From positions 13,604 through 77,603 of the forward strand of contig JAKASJ010000011.1 of NCBI GenBank assembly GCA_021819085.1: a stretch of 64,000 nt of DNA. The letters are read 5' to 3'. Positions 53,413 to 64,000 of this stretch are shown here, in pieces. Source of the stretch: Pseudomonadota bacterium. Lineage in GTDB: Bacteria > Pseudomonadota > Gammaproteobacteria > Acidiferrobacterales > UBA6901. The notes below the pieces were generated by a model. That model had not been told where the DNA came from. It ran no database searches and saw only the letters and a program-made list of their open reading frames with translations. Within the stretch, counting starts at the first letter, position 1, and each line of letters starts with the position of its first letter. The position numbers and the translations under genes are program-made.

Positions 53413-54803
53413 GTCCCGGCCACCAGCGTTTTGGGCAGGTTGGCCGCAACCTGTCCGATGTTGCCCGCCCCGAGCGTCAGCAACAGATCCCCGGGGGCAA
53501 GCACCTCCCGCAGAACACCCGGAAGTGCATCGACTTTTTCCAGAAAAATGGGATTGCCTCCGCGTGCGCGGATCGCCCGGCACAGGGCGCGTCCGTCGGC
53601 ACCTGCAATGGGCAGCTCGCCGGCGGCGTATACCTCGGTGATCAGCACAGGATCAAGACTGCCCAGCACTGCGCAAAAGTCGTCGAAGAGGTCGCGTGTA
53701 CGCGTGTAGCGATGGGGCTGAAAGGCGACAACCAGCCTGCGTTGCGGCCAGCCGGCGCGCGCGGCGGTGATCGTAGCGGCAAGCTCGGTAGGATGGTGCC
53801 CGTAGTCATCGACCAGCATCACGTCCCCGCCGTCCAACGCGACCGTGCCGTTGATCTGGAACCGCCGCCCAATACCCGCAAACCCTGCCAGTCCGTCGAA
53901 AATCGCCTGATCGGAAACATGTAATTCGTGCGCCACCACGATCGCGGCAAGCGCGTTCAGAACATTGTGACGACCCGGCTGGTTGAGAACTACCTGCATC
54001 CCTCCCGGCATGCCCGGCAGGGTGGCGGTGAAGTGCATCTGCATGCCGCGCTGCACGATGTCCTGCGCCTGGGCGTCCGCATCCGCGCTGAGGCCGTAGG
54101 TCCGTATCGGCTTGTGCACTTTGGGCATGATTTCCCGCACTACGGGGTCGTCGATGCAAAGTACCGCCAGACCGTAGAACGGCAGATTGTGCAAAAAGTC
54201 GATGAACGCCTGTTTCAGGCGGGAGAAATCACCGCCGTAGGTTCCCATGTGGTCGGCGTCAATGTTGGTCACAATGGCCAGATAGGGCTGCAGATGCAGA
54301 AACGAGGCATCGCTCTCATCAGCCTCCGCAACAAGATAATCGCCTCGACCCAGACGTGCGTTCGCTCCGGCGCTATTCAGGCGTCCGCCTATGACGAACG
54401 TGGGGTCAAGTCCACCCTGCGCCAAAACACTTGCCACAAGACTGGTGGTCGTGGTCTTGCCGTGCGTGCCGGCAACGGCGATTCCATGCTGCAGCCGCAT
54501 GAGTTCACCGAGCATTTCCGCACGCGGGATCACCGGAATCTTGGCAGCGTGCGCCGCCATGACCTCCGGGTTCTGAGCGTCAACCGCGGACGAGACCACC
54601 ACGACATCGACTCCCCCGATCAGTGCGGCGTCATGCCCGATATGCACCGCCACGCCTAGTTCGCTCAGCCGGTGTGTGTTGGCGTTTTGCTGGGCATCCG
54701 ACCCGGAAACCTCAAATTTCAGGTTGTGAAGCACTTCGGCAATGCCGCTCATCCCGGCTCCACCGATTCCCACGAAATGAATGCGCCTTACCCAGTTACG
54801 CAT
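53409..54803 (-). CDS. murC: UDP-N-acetylmuramate--L-alanine ligase
   Basis: ORF trimmed to [25 protein letters not shown] (aa 47). Mur-ligase [10 protein letters not shown]. Its start overlaps the murG 3' end by 8 nt. Confidence 0.93.
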   Translation of the reverse strand: MRNWVRRIHFVGIGGAGMSGIAEVLHNLKFEVSGSDAQQNANTHRLSELGVAVHIGHDAALIGGVDVVVVSSAVDAQNPEVMAAHAAKIPVIPRAEMLGELMRLQHGIAVAGTHGKTTTTSLVASVLAQGGLDPTFVIGGRLNSAGANARLGRGDYLVAEADESDASFLHLQPYLAIVTNIDADHMGTYGGDFSRLKQAFIDFLHNLPFYGLAVLCIDDPVVREIMPKVHKPIRTYGLSADADAQAQDIVQRGMQMHFTATLPGMPGGMQVVLNQPGRHNVLNALAAIVVAHELHVSDQAIFDGLAGFAGIGRRFQINGTVALDGGDVMLVDDYGHHPTELAATITAARAGWPQRRLVVAFQPHRYTRTRDLFDDFCAVLGSLDPVLITEVYAAGELPIAGADGRALCRAIRARGGNPIFLEKVDALPGVLREVLAPGDLLLTLGAGNIGQVAANLPKTLVAGT

Positions 54804-55872
54804 GGACCGCCTCCACACACAGGCGCGCGACCGCCTCGGTCGCGTCCGGCATGGCGCAGGCACGCGCATTGATCGCCATCTTCTGCAGCAACTCGCGGTT
54901 GGCGGCAAAACCGGCGAGCAACTCGGCGACGCGCGCGGCATCGAATTCGGACTGCGGAACCAGAACCGCTGCGTCTCTGTCGTTCAGAAACCGGGCGTTT
55001 GCCGTCTGATGATCGTCGACGGCATGCGGATAGGGAACAAGGATGGCGGCAATGCCAGCCGCGGCGATCTCGGCGATCGTCATCGCCCCAGCGCGGCATA
55101 TGAGCACGTCAGCCCAGGCGTAGGCCTGGGCCATGTCATCGATGAATGCCGTAACGCGCGCCTCGACCATCGATGTCCGGTAAGCACGTTCTGTAGACTC
55201 ACGCTCGCTGCGCCCGGCCTGATGCCAGACCTGGGGGGAAAGCTGGTGCGCAAGCCTTGCCATCGCCTCGGGCATCACGGTGTTGAACACGTGCGCACCC
55301 TGACTGCCGCCGACCACCAAGATGCGCAATGGCCCCTGACGGGCGCCTAGGCGCTCGGTCGGTGCGGGCAGTGCAAGGATCTCGTCGCGTACCGGGTTCC
55401 CCACATGGCGCGCGCCGGGCAGAGTCCCGAAGGCCTCCGGGAAACCGCACATCACGGTGTCGGCAACATAGGCAAGCCAGCGATTGGTGAGCCCGGCAAT
55501 TGCATTCTGCTCGTGGATCAGCAATGGCCGACGCAACAGGCGCGCCACCAGCCCGCCGGGTGCAGCCACGAACCCCCCCATTGCCAGCACGGCATCGGGC
55601 TGGAGACGGCGCATGATGCGCCACGACTGGAACATGGCAACCGCCAGGCGCAACGGCATCAGCAGCCATGACGTGTAGCCCTTATGTCGAATACCTCGTA
55701 TGGTGATCCACTCCATCTCGAATCCGGCTGCCGGCACCACACGCGCCTCAAGTCCTCTGCGTGTTCCAACCCATACGACCACAACGCCCTGATCGCGCAG
55801 CTTTCGGGCAACTGCAAGCGCCGGGTATACGTGGCCTCCGGTCCCTCCGGCAAGGATCAGCACCGTAGTCAT
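54796..55872 (-). CDS. murG: Undecaprenyldiphospho-muramoylpentapeptide beta-N-acetylglucosaminyltransferase
   Basis: ORF trimmed to [21 protein letters not shown] (aa 191). ATGA overlap with the ftsW stop. Confidence 0.93.
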   Translation of the reverse strand: MTTVLILAGGTGGHVYPALAVARKLRDQGVVVVWVGTRRGLEARVVPAAGFEMEWITIRGIRHKGYTSWLLMPLRLAVAMFQSWRIMRRLQPDAVLAMGGFVAAPGGLVARLLRRPLLIHEQNAIAGLTNRWLAYVADTVMCGFPEAFGTLPGARHVGNPVRDEILALPAPTERLGARQGPLRILVVGGSQGAHVFNTVMPEAMARLAHQLSPQVWHQAGRSERESTERAYRTSMVEARVTAFIDDMAQAYAWADVLICRAGAMTIAEIAAAGIAAILVPYPHAVDDHQTANARFLNDRDAAVLVPQSEFDAARVAELLAGFAANRELLQKMAINARACAMPDATEAVARLCVEAVHA

Positions 55873-57035
55873 GTCTTCTCCGGCCGGCGCTGGCGCGTTT
55901 CGCGATCCACCAGCAGCAGCAACGCAACTGCGATGCAGCTGGCAACCATGCTGCTGCCGCCATAGCTGACGAACGGAAGCGTCAACCCCTTGGTCGGCAA
56001 CGCTCCCATGTTCACGCCCATGTTGATCATCGCCTCCCCGCCGATCAGGATGCCGACGCCCTGGGCCAGGCGGGCTCCATAGATCTGGCCCAGCCTCTCG
56101 GCAGCGCGCGAAATCACGAATGCGCGCCAGACGATGATGACGAAGAGCCCAATGATGACGAGTACGCCGATCAGGCCCAGTTCCTCGGCCAGGACGGCGA
56201 GCAGGAAGTCGGTATACGCAGCCGGCAGATAGAACAGCTTCTGCACACTGCCCCCGAGTCCGACTCCGAATACGCCTCCACGCCCGAAGGCGATCAGCGC
56301 CTGGGTCAGCTGGAACCCTTTGTTGAGGGGATCGGCCCACGGGTGGAGAAACCCGGTGATGCGCGCCATGCGATACGGCGAGTAAATCGTAAGCAGGATC
56401 ATTCCACCGAGCCCCGCCGCGACCACGACCATGAAGTGCCAAAATCGCACGCCGCCGAGAAACAGCATTATGAAAACCGTGATGCTGATCACGACAACCG
56501 TGCCCAGGTCAGGTTCCTGCAGAAGCAACGCTCCGATTATGGCCACGACAATGCTGACCATCAGAATGCCCTGGGTAAAATATCGCAGTTCTTCCTGCTT
56601 GCGCACCAGGTACCCGGCGACATACACAACCATGAAATCCTTTACAAGCTCCGACGGTTGAAGCTTGAATAACCCCAGACGCAACCAGCGCGAGCTACCG
56701 TTTACATGCACTCCGATACCCGGCACCATGACCAGCACCATCATTCCTATCCCCGCAAGAAGCAGGTACGGTCCAGCGTGTTCCCACAGCCTGACGCGGG
56801 TCCGCATGACCAGCGCGCCCGCAACCAGGCCGAGCACGATACTGAGCAGGTGACGCAGAAGAAAATGGAAGCTGCCTCCGGTATACCGCTCTGCCGTAGG
56901 TATCGAGGCCGAATACACCATGACAATTCCGACCGCGAGCAGGATTCCCACGCTGCTCACCAGCCACGGGTCGTACGCAGGGCGGGTCCGGCCGGCAGCC
57001 CTGGTATTGCGGTTATTGATCAGCACGGTGCTCAT
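55869..57035 (-). CDS. ftsW: Peptidoglycan glycosyltransferase FtsW (SEDS family)
   Basis: Polytopic SEDS protein (YSASIPTAE, ...LPTKGLTLPFVSYGGSSM). The longest-ORF start at 57044 is TTG, so I use the ATG at 57035 (MSTVLINN). Confidence 0.92.
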   Translation of the reverse strand: MSTVLINNRNTRAAGRTRPAYDPWLVSSVGILLAVGIVMVYSASIPTAERYTGGSFHFLLRHLLSIVLGLVAGALVMRTRVRLWEHAGPYLLLAGIGMMVLVMVPGIGVHVNGSSRWLRLGLFKLQPSELVKDFMVVYVAGYLVRKQEELRYFTQGILMVSIVVAIIGALLLQEPDLGTVVVISITVFIMLFLGGVRFWHFMVVVAAGLGGMILLTIYSPYRMARITGFLHPWADPLNKGFQLTQALIAFGRGGVFGVGLGGSVQKLFYLPAAYTDFLLAVLAEELGLIGVLVIIGLFVIIVWRAFVISRAAERLGQIYGARLAQGVGILIGGEAMINMGVNMGALPTKGLTLPFVSYGGSSMVASCIAVALLLLVDRETRQRRPEKT

Positions 57036-57126
57036 CGTCCGCAATCCCTGGCGAAACTGGGCGCGCGCCGGCCGCGGGGCTCTGCCACCCGCAATGCATG
57101 CCGCACGGCTGCGTTCCCGATCTCGC

Positions 57127-58467
57127 TCATCCGATAACCTTGGCGACTACATCGCGAAACACGTCTCCGCGATGTTCGTAGTTGCGAAACATGTCGAAAC
57201 TGGCGCACGCCGGGGACAGCAACACCGCATCGCCGCTAAGTGCCAGGGCGGCAGCCTTCTGCACCGCATCGCGCATATCGGCACCGTGTACTACCGGAAC
57301 GAGATCGCCGAGCGCCTGCTCGAGCAACGGAGCATCGCGCCCGATGAGCACCATGCCGCGCACCCGATCCCTGACCGCGCCGCGCAGCTGTGAAAAATCA
57401 GCACCCTTTCCATCCCCGCCTGCGATCAGGATAACCGGCCGATCCATGCCGTTCAGTGCTGCAACCGTCGCACCGACGTTTGTGCCCTTGGAATCGTTTA
57501 TCCATAGCACCCCGTCGCGCTCACCCACCACCTCCGTGCGATGGCGCAGGCCTTTGAAACTGGAAAGCGCACGCCGCATCGCGTCGAACGGGACTCCGAT
57601 CACGTCGGTCAGCGCGGCCGCCGCCAGCGCATTGGCCACATTGTGACGTCCCGCAAGCTGCAGCTCGGCCACTGGCATGAAGGCGCGCGCGCCACGCGTA
57701 AGCCAGTCGTCGCCGCCTTTGCGCACAAGACCGTAATCGGATTCATCGCGCGGCTGCGACAGCCCGAAGCACATCGCCCGCCGACCCACCCTGGCCATGG
57801 CCATCACCCGCGAATCGTCGCGATTGAGCACGATCACCCCGTCGCCGTGGAAAATACGTTCCTTGGCAGCGGCATACTCCTCAATGTTGCGATAGCGATC
57901 CATGTGATCGGGAGTTATGTTCAGCACCGTTGCCGAACGGGCATTCAGGCTGAATGTGGTCTCGAGCTGGAAGCTCGAGAGTTCCAGGACGTAGACATCC
58001 GGCTCGGGGTGGCGCAACAGATCGAGCGCCGGTATTCCGATGTTCCCGCCCACTGCGGCATCAAGTCCGGCCGCACGACATATCTCGCCTGCCAGGGTTG
58101 TCACCGTACTCTTGCCGTTCGCGCCGGTGATCGCGATGACCGGCGCGGTAGCCGCACGCGCAAACAGTTCGATATCTCCGACTGCGGTCGCGCCGGCGGC
58201 CAGAGCGGCGGCAATTTCCGGATCGCGCAGCGATAGACCGGGACTGACCACAAGCAGGTCCGCGTCGCGAAAAACACGGCTGTCCCATGGTCCGGTATGC
58301 ACCGGCATGTCAGGGAACTCGGATCGCAGCGACGACAACATCGGCGGTGCCGACCGGCTGTCCGCGACCCGCACCCGGTAGCCGTGCGCGCTCAGATAGC
58401 GCGCGCAGGACAGGCCCGTAGCACCGAGTCCAAGTACCAGCGCTGTCTGCGGATTGTTACGTGCCAT
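57127..58467 (-). CDS. murD: UDP-N-acetylmuramoylalanine--D-glutamate ligase
   Basis: The 701-aa ORF is trimmed to MARNNPQTALVLGLGATGLSCARYL (aa 256). An alternative ATG is at 58482 (MQAACMARNN). Mur-ligase ITGANGKSTV. The 5' extension overlaps mraY. Confidence 0.9.
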   Translation of the reverse strand: MARNNPQTALVLGLGATGLSCARYLSAHGYRVRVADSRSAPPMLSSLRSEFPDMPVHTGPWDSRVFRDADLLVVSPGLSLRDPEIAAALAAGATAVGDIELFARAATAPVIAITGANGKSTVTTLAGEICRAAGLDAAVGGNIGIPALDLLRHPEPDVYVLELSSFQLETTFSLNARSATVLNITPDHMDRYRNIEEYAAAKERIFHGDGVIVLNRDDSRVMAMARVGRRAMCFGLSQPRDESDYGLVRKGGDDWLTRGARAFMPVAELQLAGRHNVANALAAAALTDVIGVPFDAMRRALSSFKGLRHRTEVVGERDGVLWINDSKGTNVGATVAALNGMDRPVILIAGGDGKGADFSQLRGAVRDRVRGMVLIGRDAPLLEQALGDLVPVVHGADMRDAVQKAAALALSGDAVLLSPACASFDMFRNYEHRGDVFRDVVAKVIG

Positions 58468-58484
58468 GCATGCCGCCTGCATAG

Positions 58485-59567
58485 TCAGCGAATCTTCAAC
58501 GTCGCAAGCCCGATCAACACCAGGATCAGGGTAATAATCCAGAAACGCACGATGACGCGCGGCTCCGGCCATCCTTTGAGTTCGAAGTGATGGTGCAGCG
58601 GCGCCATGCGGAAAATGCGACGCCCGGTCAGCTTGAACGACACCACCTGCAGCATCACCGACACGGTTTCCATCACGAATACTCCGCCCATGATGAACAG
58701 CACAATCTCCTGATGCACCACCACGGCGATGACCCCCAGGGCTGCACCCAGGCCGAGCGCTCCGACATCCCCCATGAACACCATTGCCGGATAGGTATTG
58801 AACCAGAGGAACCCGAGACCAGCGCCAACCAACGCGGAGCAAAACACCAGCACTTCGCCCGCACCGGCGATGTAAGGAATTCCGAGGTATTGTGAAAACT
58901 GGTAGTGGCCGGTCACGTAAGCGAAGATTCCAAGCGCGCCTGCCACCATTACCGTCGGCATCACGGCCAGGCCGTCCAACCCGTCGGTAAGATTGACAGC
59001 GTTGCTCGATCCCACGATCACGAAGTAGGTCAGCAGTATGAACCATGGGCCCATGCCGATAGCCACATGCTTGAAGAACGGAACGATCAGCTCGATCTCG
59101 ACTGGTGAGCGGGCCGTATAATATAGGAACAGCGCGGCGCTGAGACCCGCCGCGGATTGCCATAAGTATTTTGCCTTGGCACCGATCCCGCGCGGATTCT
59201 TGCTGACGAGCTTCTTGTAATCGTCTGCCCATCCTATGGCGCCGAAGGCAAAAGTTGTGAACAGAACCACCCAGACGAATCGATTGGTCAGGTCAGCCCA
59301 CAGCAGCGTGGTAATAAACACGGCGACCAGAATTAGCGCCCCGCCCATCGTCGGGGTCCCGGCTTTCGTGAGATGGCTCTGCGGGCCGTCGTTTCGCACC
59401 GTCTGCCCGATCTGGTATTGGCTGAGTTTGCGGATCATGATCGGGCCGACAATGAAGCAGATCGCGAGCGCAGTGAGCACCCCGAGGATGCCGCGCAGCG
59501 TGAGGTAGTGAAAGACATTGAAGAACGAGATGTCATGTGCCAGTCTCTTGAATAGGTAGAAAAGCAC
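58485..59567 (-). CDS. mraY: Phospho-N-acetylmuramoyl-pentapeptide transferase
   Basis: 360 aa, polytopic. [13 protein letters not shown] motif. GTG start overlapping the murF stop by 1 nt. Confidence 0.95.
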   Translation of the reverse strand: MLFYLFKRLAHDISFFNVFHYLTLRGILGVLTALAICFIVGPIMIRKLSQYQIGQTVRNDGPQSHLTKAGTPTMGGALILVAVFITTLLWADLTNRFVWVVLFTTFAFGAIGWADDYKKLVSKNPRGIGAKAKYLWQSAAGLSAALFLYYTARSPVEIELIVPFFKHVAIGMGPWFILLTYFVIVGSSNAVNLTDGLDGLAVMPTVMVAGALGIFAYVTGHYQFSQYLGIPYIAGAGEVLVFCSALVGAGLGFLWFNTYPAMVFMGDVGALGLGAALGVIAVVVHQEIVLFIMGGVFVMETVSVMLQVVSFKLTGRRIFRMAPLHHHFELKGWPEPRVIVRFWIITLILVLIGLATLKIR

Positions 59568-60964
59568 TAAGAGGTCCTCTCCCCGTTTTTGTCCAGATCT
59601 GCGCCCGCGGCTGCATTCCGGCCGCCATCATCGTCATCCACAAGTCCGTGCACGACGCGCTCCATGTGCATCACACGCGATCCCTTTACCAGAATGGTCA
59701 TATCCCGATGCATGACATTGCGAAGGCTTTCCACGAGGGCATCATGCTGATCGAAGTGCAGGGCGCCGGTTCCGAAACTCCGGACAGTCGGCCAGGTCAG
59801 CGCACCGATAGCGTACAGACGGTGGATGCCTGCCTGCCGCGCAAGCTCGCCGGCGCGGCTATGAATCTCTTCCGCAGCATCCCCGAGTTCGGCCATGTCA
59901 CCGATCACCAGCACGCGTTCTCCGTTGGCGTGGCCAAGGACCTCTATGCCGGAGCCGAGCGATCCAGGGTTGGCGTTGTACGTGTCGTCCAATACGCGTG
60001 CGCCCTTGAAGCCGGACTTCGCCTCCAGTCTGCCGGGAGCGGGCTTCAGCTTCTGAAGCCCGCTTCTTATATCGTGCAACCCTGCTCCGGCGGCCATGGA
60101 AGCGGCAACTGCGGCAAGAGCGTTCATGACGTTGTGTCGGCCAAGCAGGGCGAGTCGCAAGTCCGCCTCCCCTTCCAGAGTCTTCAGGCGTACCGCGCTT
60201 CCCAGCGTATCGAGCTCATAATCGGCGCTGACGTCGGCGGCAGACTTCAGCCCGAAGCTCAACTGCCGCCGATGACCGGCCAACTTGCGCCAGAGCTCGG
60301 CATACGGGTCGTCGGCGTTGATAATAGCTATGCCGTTTTCATCCAGGCCCGCGAAGATTTCTCCCTTTGCGCGCGCCACCGCAGCAACGCTGCCCAGTCC
60401 CGCAAGGTGTGCCTGGGCCGCATTCGTAATCAGCGCGATTGTGGGCCGGGCGAGGCGCGTAAGGTAATCGATCTCGCCCGGGTGGTTCATGCCCATCTCG
60501 ACGACTGCGTAGCGATCGCGGGCGCGCAGCCGCAGCAAGGTCAGAGGTACCCCGATGTCGTTATTGAGATTGCCTTCGGTCGCAAGGCCGGTGCCGGTCT
60601 CGGCCATGATCGATGCCAGCATGCCTTTGACCGTGGTTTTCCCGTTGCTCCCGGTAACTGCGATCAGCGGCACATAAAAGGTGCCTCGCCAATATGCTGC
60701 CAGCGCTCCGAGACTCCTACGCGTGTCGGTAACGCGTACTGTAGGCAACCCGCTGTCCGCGGCCCGGCTGACGATGGCTCCAGCAGCACCGGCACGCGCC
60801 GCGTCGGTCAGGAAGTCGTGACCGTCAAAGCTGGGGCCAATCAATGCGACGAACAGGTCTCCACGCGCAAGCCTGCGGGTGTCGCTGCCCACACCCGTGA
60901 ATTCCGCGTCGCCGCCGGACAGGCTGCCGTGCAGCACGCGCGCTGCGGCATCCAGGGTCATCAT
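59567..60964 (-). CDS. murF: UDP-N-acetylmuramoyl-tripeptide--D-alanyl-D-alanine ligase
   Basis: 465 aa. [14 protein letters not shown]-loop. ATGA overlap with the murE stop. Confidence 0.93.
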   Translation of the reverse strand: MMTLDAAARVLHGSLSGGDAEFTGVGSDTRRLARGDLFVALIGPSFDGHDFLTDAARAGAAGAIVSRAADSGLPTVRVTDTRRSLGALAAYWRGTFYVPLIAVTGSNGKTTVKGMLASIMAETGTGLATEGNLNNDIGVPLTLLRLRARDRYAVVEMGMNHPGEIDYLTRLARPTIALITNAAQAHLAGLGSVAAVARAKGEIFAGLDENGIAIINADDPYAELWRKLAGHRRQLSFGLKSAADVSADYELDTLGSAVRLKTLEGEADLRLALLGRHNVMNALAAVAASMAAGAGLHDIRSGLQKLKPAPGRLEAKSGFKGARVLDDTYNANPGSLGSGIEVLGHANGERVLVIGDMAELGDAAEEIHSRAGELARQAGIHRLYAIGALTWPTVRSFGTGALHFDQHDALVESLRNVMHRDMTILVKGSRVMHMERVVHGLVDDDDGGRNAAAGADLDKNGERTS

Positions 60965-62439
60965 GCGGCAACCCCCAGGATCTGCATCACGACCTCCCTA
61001 TCGCTGAACTTCACGCGTCTGTCTCCGATCTGCTGATAATTCTCATGGCCCTTGCCCGCGACCAGGACTGCGTCGCCGGCCTTCGCGCCACCGATCGCCA
61101 TGCCGATCGCGCGCGCGCGATCCCGCACGATGGTTGGAGTTGAATGCATACCGCTGGCGATATCGGCGATGATCTGGTCCGGCGGCTCGTGGCGGGGGTT
61201 GTCGTCGGTAATGATCACGATGTCCGCGAAATCCTCGGCAATCCTGCCCATTTGCGGCCGCTTGCCGCGATCGCGGTCGCCACCACAGCCGAACACACAT
61301 GACAGGCGCCCCGGGGTATGCTCGCGCAGTGCCGCCAGCGCCTTTTCCAGGGCGTCGGGCGTATGCGCATAATCAACCACCACCAGCGGCACGCCACCGC
61401 CACCGAACCGCTCCATTCTTCCGGCGACCGGGCGTGCCTGTGCCAGCCGCTCCACGGCACGTGTCAGCGGCATACCTGCGACCAGCAGCACCGCCAGCAC
61501 TGCCAACAGATTCATCGCGTTGAATCGTCCGATCAGCGGGCTGCGCAGCGTTGCCGCACCGGCCGGCGTCGACACTTGCATGCTCAGGCCGTCAGGCGTC
61601 GGCATGACCTCGGTCGCGCGGACGTCGGCTTCACCAAGCCCGAAAGTCGTAACCCTCAGGCCTCGCCCGACCGTTTTCGCCAGCTGACATCCGACGGTGT
61701 CGTCGCTGTTGATGACAGCCGCTTGCAGGCCGGGGAAACCGAACAGACGCAGCTTGCTCTGGGCATAGGCTTCCATCGTGCCGTGATAGTCCAAATGATC
61801 GCGTGTGAGGTTGGTGAACACCGCCACATTGAAGGCAACCCCTTCGACACGTCCCTGGTCAAGGGCATGCGACGATACTTCCATGCACGCCCACGCTGCA
61901 CCCGCATCGACGAAATCTGAAAGCAGGCGGTGCACGCTGATCGGATCGGGAGTGGTGTGACTAGCCGGATCGAGTCTGCCCGGAAATCCGGTTCCCAGAG
62001 TTCCAATCAGGCCACAGCGCCGCGGAGGCTCGTCCAGTACCTGGGCCAGAAGATGTGTGCAGGTCGTCTTGCCGTTGGTTCCGGTAACCCCGACTACGAA
62101 TAGTTTCCGTGAGGGCGATCCGAAGAACCGGTCAGCGATGAGTCCGATGCGATCCCTGAGCCCGGACACGGGGATCGCGGGTACCGCGATCGCGGGTGGC
62201 GCAAACCGCGCCCCAGAGGACAGCTTCTCATCCTGCTCGAACACCACGGCTGCAGCGCCACGCGCAATCGCGCCACCGACATACTCGCGCCCATCACCAC
62301 GGACACCGGGCGCGGCAAGAAACAGCCAGCCCGGCTCGATCGTCCGGCTGTCGCTGCTGATCCCGAGGATTTCCGGGTCGGAACCCAGACCGAGGTCCGC
62401 CAGACCATCGAGCAGCCGGCTCAGCCGCATCCCCGTCAC
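60961..62439 (-). CDS. murE: UDP-N-acetylmuramoyl-L-alanyl-D-glutamate--2,6-diaminopimelate ligase
   Basis: 492 aa. VTGTNGKTTCTH P-loop and the DNPR motif (ITDDNPRHE) typical of mDAP-adding MurE. GTG start overlapping the ftsI stop. Confidence 0.93.
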   Translation of the reverse strand: MTGMRLSRLLDGLADLGLGSDPEILGISSDSRTIEPGWLFLAAPGVRGDGREYVGGAIARGAAAVVFEQDEKLSSGARFAPPAIAVPAIPVSGLRDRIGLIADRFFGSPSRKLFVVGVTGTNGKTTCTHLLAQVLDEPPRRCGLIGTLGTGFPGRLDPASHTTPDPISVHRLLSDFVDAGAAWACMEVSSHALDQGRVEGVAFNVAVFTNLTRDHLDYHGTMEAYAQSKLRLFGFPGLQAAVINSDDTVGCQLAKTVGRGLRVTTFGLGEADVRATEVMPTPDGLSMQVSTPAGAATLRSPLIGRFNAMNLLAVLAVLLVAGMPLTRAVERLAQARPVAGRMERFGGGGVPLVVVDYAHTPDALEKALAALREHTPGRLSCVFGCGGDRDRGKRPQMGRIAEDFADIVIITDDNPRHEPPDQIIADIASGMHSTPTIVRDRARAIGMAIGGAKAGDAVLVAGKGHENYQQIGDRRVKFSDREVVMQILGVAA

Positions 62440-64000
62440 AACTTGCCTCCCGCGCCGGCATCGCCGCCCTGCGCATTGATACGCACGAATCCGCCGCCGA
62501 TACCCGGCGCGGGCGCCTGCGCAACCCAGCGCTGCGGATGCGGCAGATTGTCCGGTGGAATATTGAGCAGACGCAGAGCACCGGTCATCACTCTGCTGAA
62601 GACCGGGGCCGCAACCTCGCCTCCGTAGTAGTCACCACCACGCGGATTGTTCACCATGATCACCATTGCCAGGCGGGGGTCGCTGGCCGGCACAAAGCCC
62701 GAAAACGACGCGAAGTAGCTGTTTGGCTCATAGCCGTCGCGACCGAGCCTGTGGGCGGTTCCGGTCTTGCCGGCCACCTGATAGTCCGCCACGGCGGCCG
62801 CTGGCGCAGTGCCACCATTACTGACGACTAGTTCGAGCATCGAGCGCAATTCCCGCGCCGTGGTCGCAGTCATGATGCGTCTGCCGGCAACCGGCTGGTC
62901 GCGCCGGAGGATCGTCAGCGGCATCATCACGCCGTCGTTGGCGATGCCGCCGTAGGCCTGCGCGAGCTGCATTACGCTTACCGAGATTCCGTAACCGAAA
63001 GACATGGTTGCCTGTTCGGACGGCACCCATTGCTGGAAAGGCCTGACGAATCCGGAGGCCTCGCCGGGAAGTCCTACGCCGGTAGGCGCCCCGAATCCTA
63101 CCAGATGGAACATGTTCCACATCGTTTCGGGATCGAGCGACAGAGCGATTTTAGTGGCCCCCACATTGCTCGATTTCTCGATGATCTGGGCCACCGAAAT
63201 AATGCCGGAATCCTCATCGTCGCGGATGGTGTAGCCGCCAACGCGGATGCTTCCGGGAGAGGTATTAATCAGCGTGCCCGGCCGGTACTTTCCGGTTTCC
63301 ATGGCAGCGGCGATGGTAAACGGCTTGAGCGTCGACCCCGGTTCAAACACATCTGTCACGGCGCGGTCACGAACCAGGCTGCTGCGCAGACCGCTGCGGT
63401 TGTTCGGGTTGAAGCTCGGCACGTTGACTACGGCCAGCACCTCGCCGGTACGGACGTCGACCACGACCGCGCTGGCTGCGTGCGCATGGAACTTTTTGAC
63501 TGCCGCCTTGAGCGCGCGGTAAACCAGAAACTGTATGCGCCGATCTATGCTAAGGGTGAGGTTCTTGCCGGGTACCGGCAACGAGATGCTTTCAACCGGC
63601 TGCACGATATTGCCGTAGCGGTCCTGCAATACGCGCTCCTTGCCCGGGATGGCACGCAGCCAGCTGTTGTAGGCGAGTTCGACTCCTTCCTGCCCCACGT
63701 CGTCCACGTTGGTAAAGCCGATCAGCTGACCGGTAACCGGACCGGCCGGATAATAGCGGCGATACTCACGCTGCAGGGCAACCCCTGGTATATGAAGAGC
63801 CATGACGCGCCTGGCTGTTTGTGGAGCAATCTCGCGCTCTATGTACATGAATTGGCGGCCCGCATTGCGCTTGACTGCCTGAGCCAGCTCGGAGAGCGAT
63901 ATGCCCAGCAGTCTGGCAAGGGCCGGCCAGCTGCCGCGGCCCTGCGCGAATTCCTCTGGATTGGCCCAGACCGAGTCGACCGGCGTGCTGATGGCGAGTG
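62436..64000 (-). CDS. ftsI: Peptidoglycan D,D-transpeptidase FtsI (PBP3), 5' end beyond the window end
   Basis: Transpeptidase motifs GSTLKP (SxxK), KSSNVG (SxN), AGKTGTA (KTG). The frame stays open upstream of the track's first Met (63848) to the window edge (...VWANPEEFAQGRGSWPALARLLGISLSELAQAVKRNAGRQF-MYIERE). Confidence 0.93.
   Translation of the reverse strand, partial: LAISTPVDSVWANPEEFAQGRGSWPALARLLGISLSELAQAVKRNAGRQFMYIEREIAPQTARRVMALHIPGVALQREYRRYYPAGPVTGQLIGFTNVDDVGQEGVELAYNSWLRAIPGKERVLQDRYGNIVQPVESISLPVPGKNLTLSIDRRIQFLVYRALKAAVKKFHAHAASAVVVDVRTGEVLAVVNVPSFNPNNRSGLRSSLVRDRAVTDVFEPGSTLKPFTIAAAMETGKYRPGTLINTSPGSIRVGGYTIRDDEDSGIISVAQIIEKSSNVGATKIALSLDPETMWNMFHLVGFGAPTGVGLPGEASGFVRPFQQWVPSEQATMSFGYGISVSVMQLAQAYGGIANDGVMMPLTILRRDQPVAGRRIMTATTARELRSMLELVVSNGGTAPAAAVADYQVAGKTGTAHRLGRDGYEPNSYFASFSGFVPASDPRLAMVIMVNNPRGGDYYGGEVAAPVFSRVMTGALRLLNIPPDNLPHPQRWVAQAPAPGIGGGFVRINAQGGDAGAGGKL

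Noticed and set aside
57127-59232. Very long N-terminal extensions in the longest ORFs: murD 701 aa, murG 548 aa, murC 510 aa, coaE 456 aa, pilC 483 aa, dedD-like 415 aa, hypothetical 364 aa, murB 357 aa, pssA 345 aa, sufC 346 aa, and the 32-aa extension on parE.
   Set aside because: The extensions overlap the upstream gene out of frame and look like GC-frame noise. The family-typical N-termini begin at internal start codons, often with an SD or a 4-nt overlap with the preceding stop.

Overview
GC-rich proteobacterial core-chromosome window; the gene order resembles beta-/gammaproteobacteria. I call 54 intact-looking CDS plus one disrupted gene. 49 are on the minus strand and 6 on the plus strand. 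Content in coordinate order: sufD (cut by the window start), sufC, sufB; rimI and a family-4 udg; leuA; pssA-psd; ilvC-ilvH-ilvI; cysS; gltX; ppiB-lpxH (+); an exported hypothetical; an MOFRL-type glycerate kinase; a frame-disrupted paiB; metZ; purF-cvpA-dedD-like-folC-accD-trpA-trpB-trpF-truA; parC; parE; a four-gene cluster of DUF3501-like, EncFtn-like mini-ferritin, CCG-type Fe-S oxidoreductase and rubredoxin-less rubrerythrin; pilB-pilC-pilD-coaE (+); a Nudix/ThiE-like fusion; argJ; secA; an M23 peptidase; lpxC; and the dcw cluster ftsZ-ftsA-ftsQ-murB-murC-murG-ftsW-murD-mraY-murF-murE-ftsI (ftsI cut by the window end). I recognised no rRNA, tRNA, CRISPR array, transposase, integrase or phage gene. 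Most long alternative-frame ORFs in the track are GC-driven antisense artefacts, and many longest ORFs carry spurious N-terminal extensions that I trimmed to conserved N-termini. The track's coordinates include the stop codon and it accepts ATG/GTG/TTG starts. The most interesting items are: (1) the rubrerythrin / CCG Fe-S / shell-less EncFtn / DUF3501 operon, which has no encapsulin gene nearby; (2) an unexplained gene-free gap of about 750 nt where pilA would be expected; (3) a promoter, structured leader and terminator arrangement upstream of metZ that looks like a riboswitch or attenuator; (4) AT-rich operator-like palindromes in the suf and rubrerythrin promoters; (5) a paiB gene whose conserved N-terminus is spread over three reading frames. 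All family assignments rest on motifs I recognise in the translations. No database search was run.
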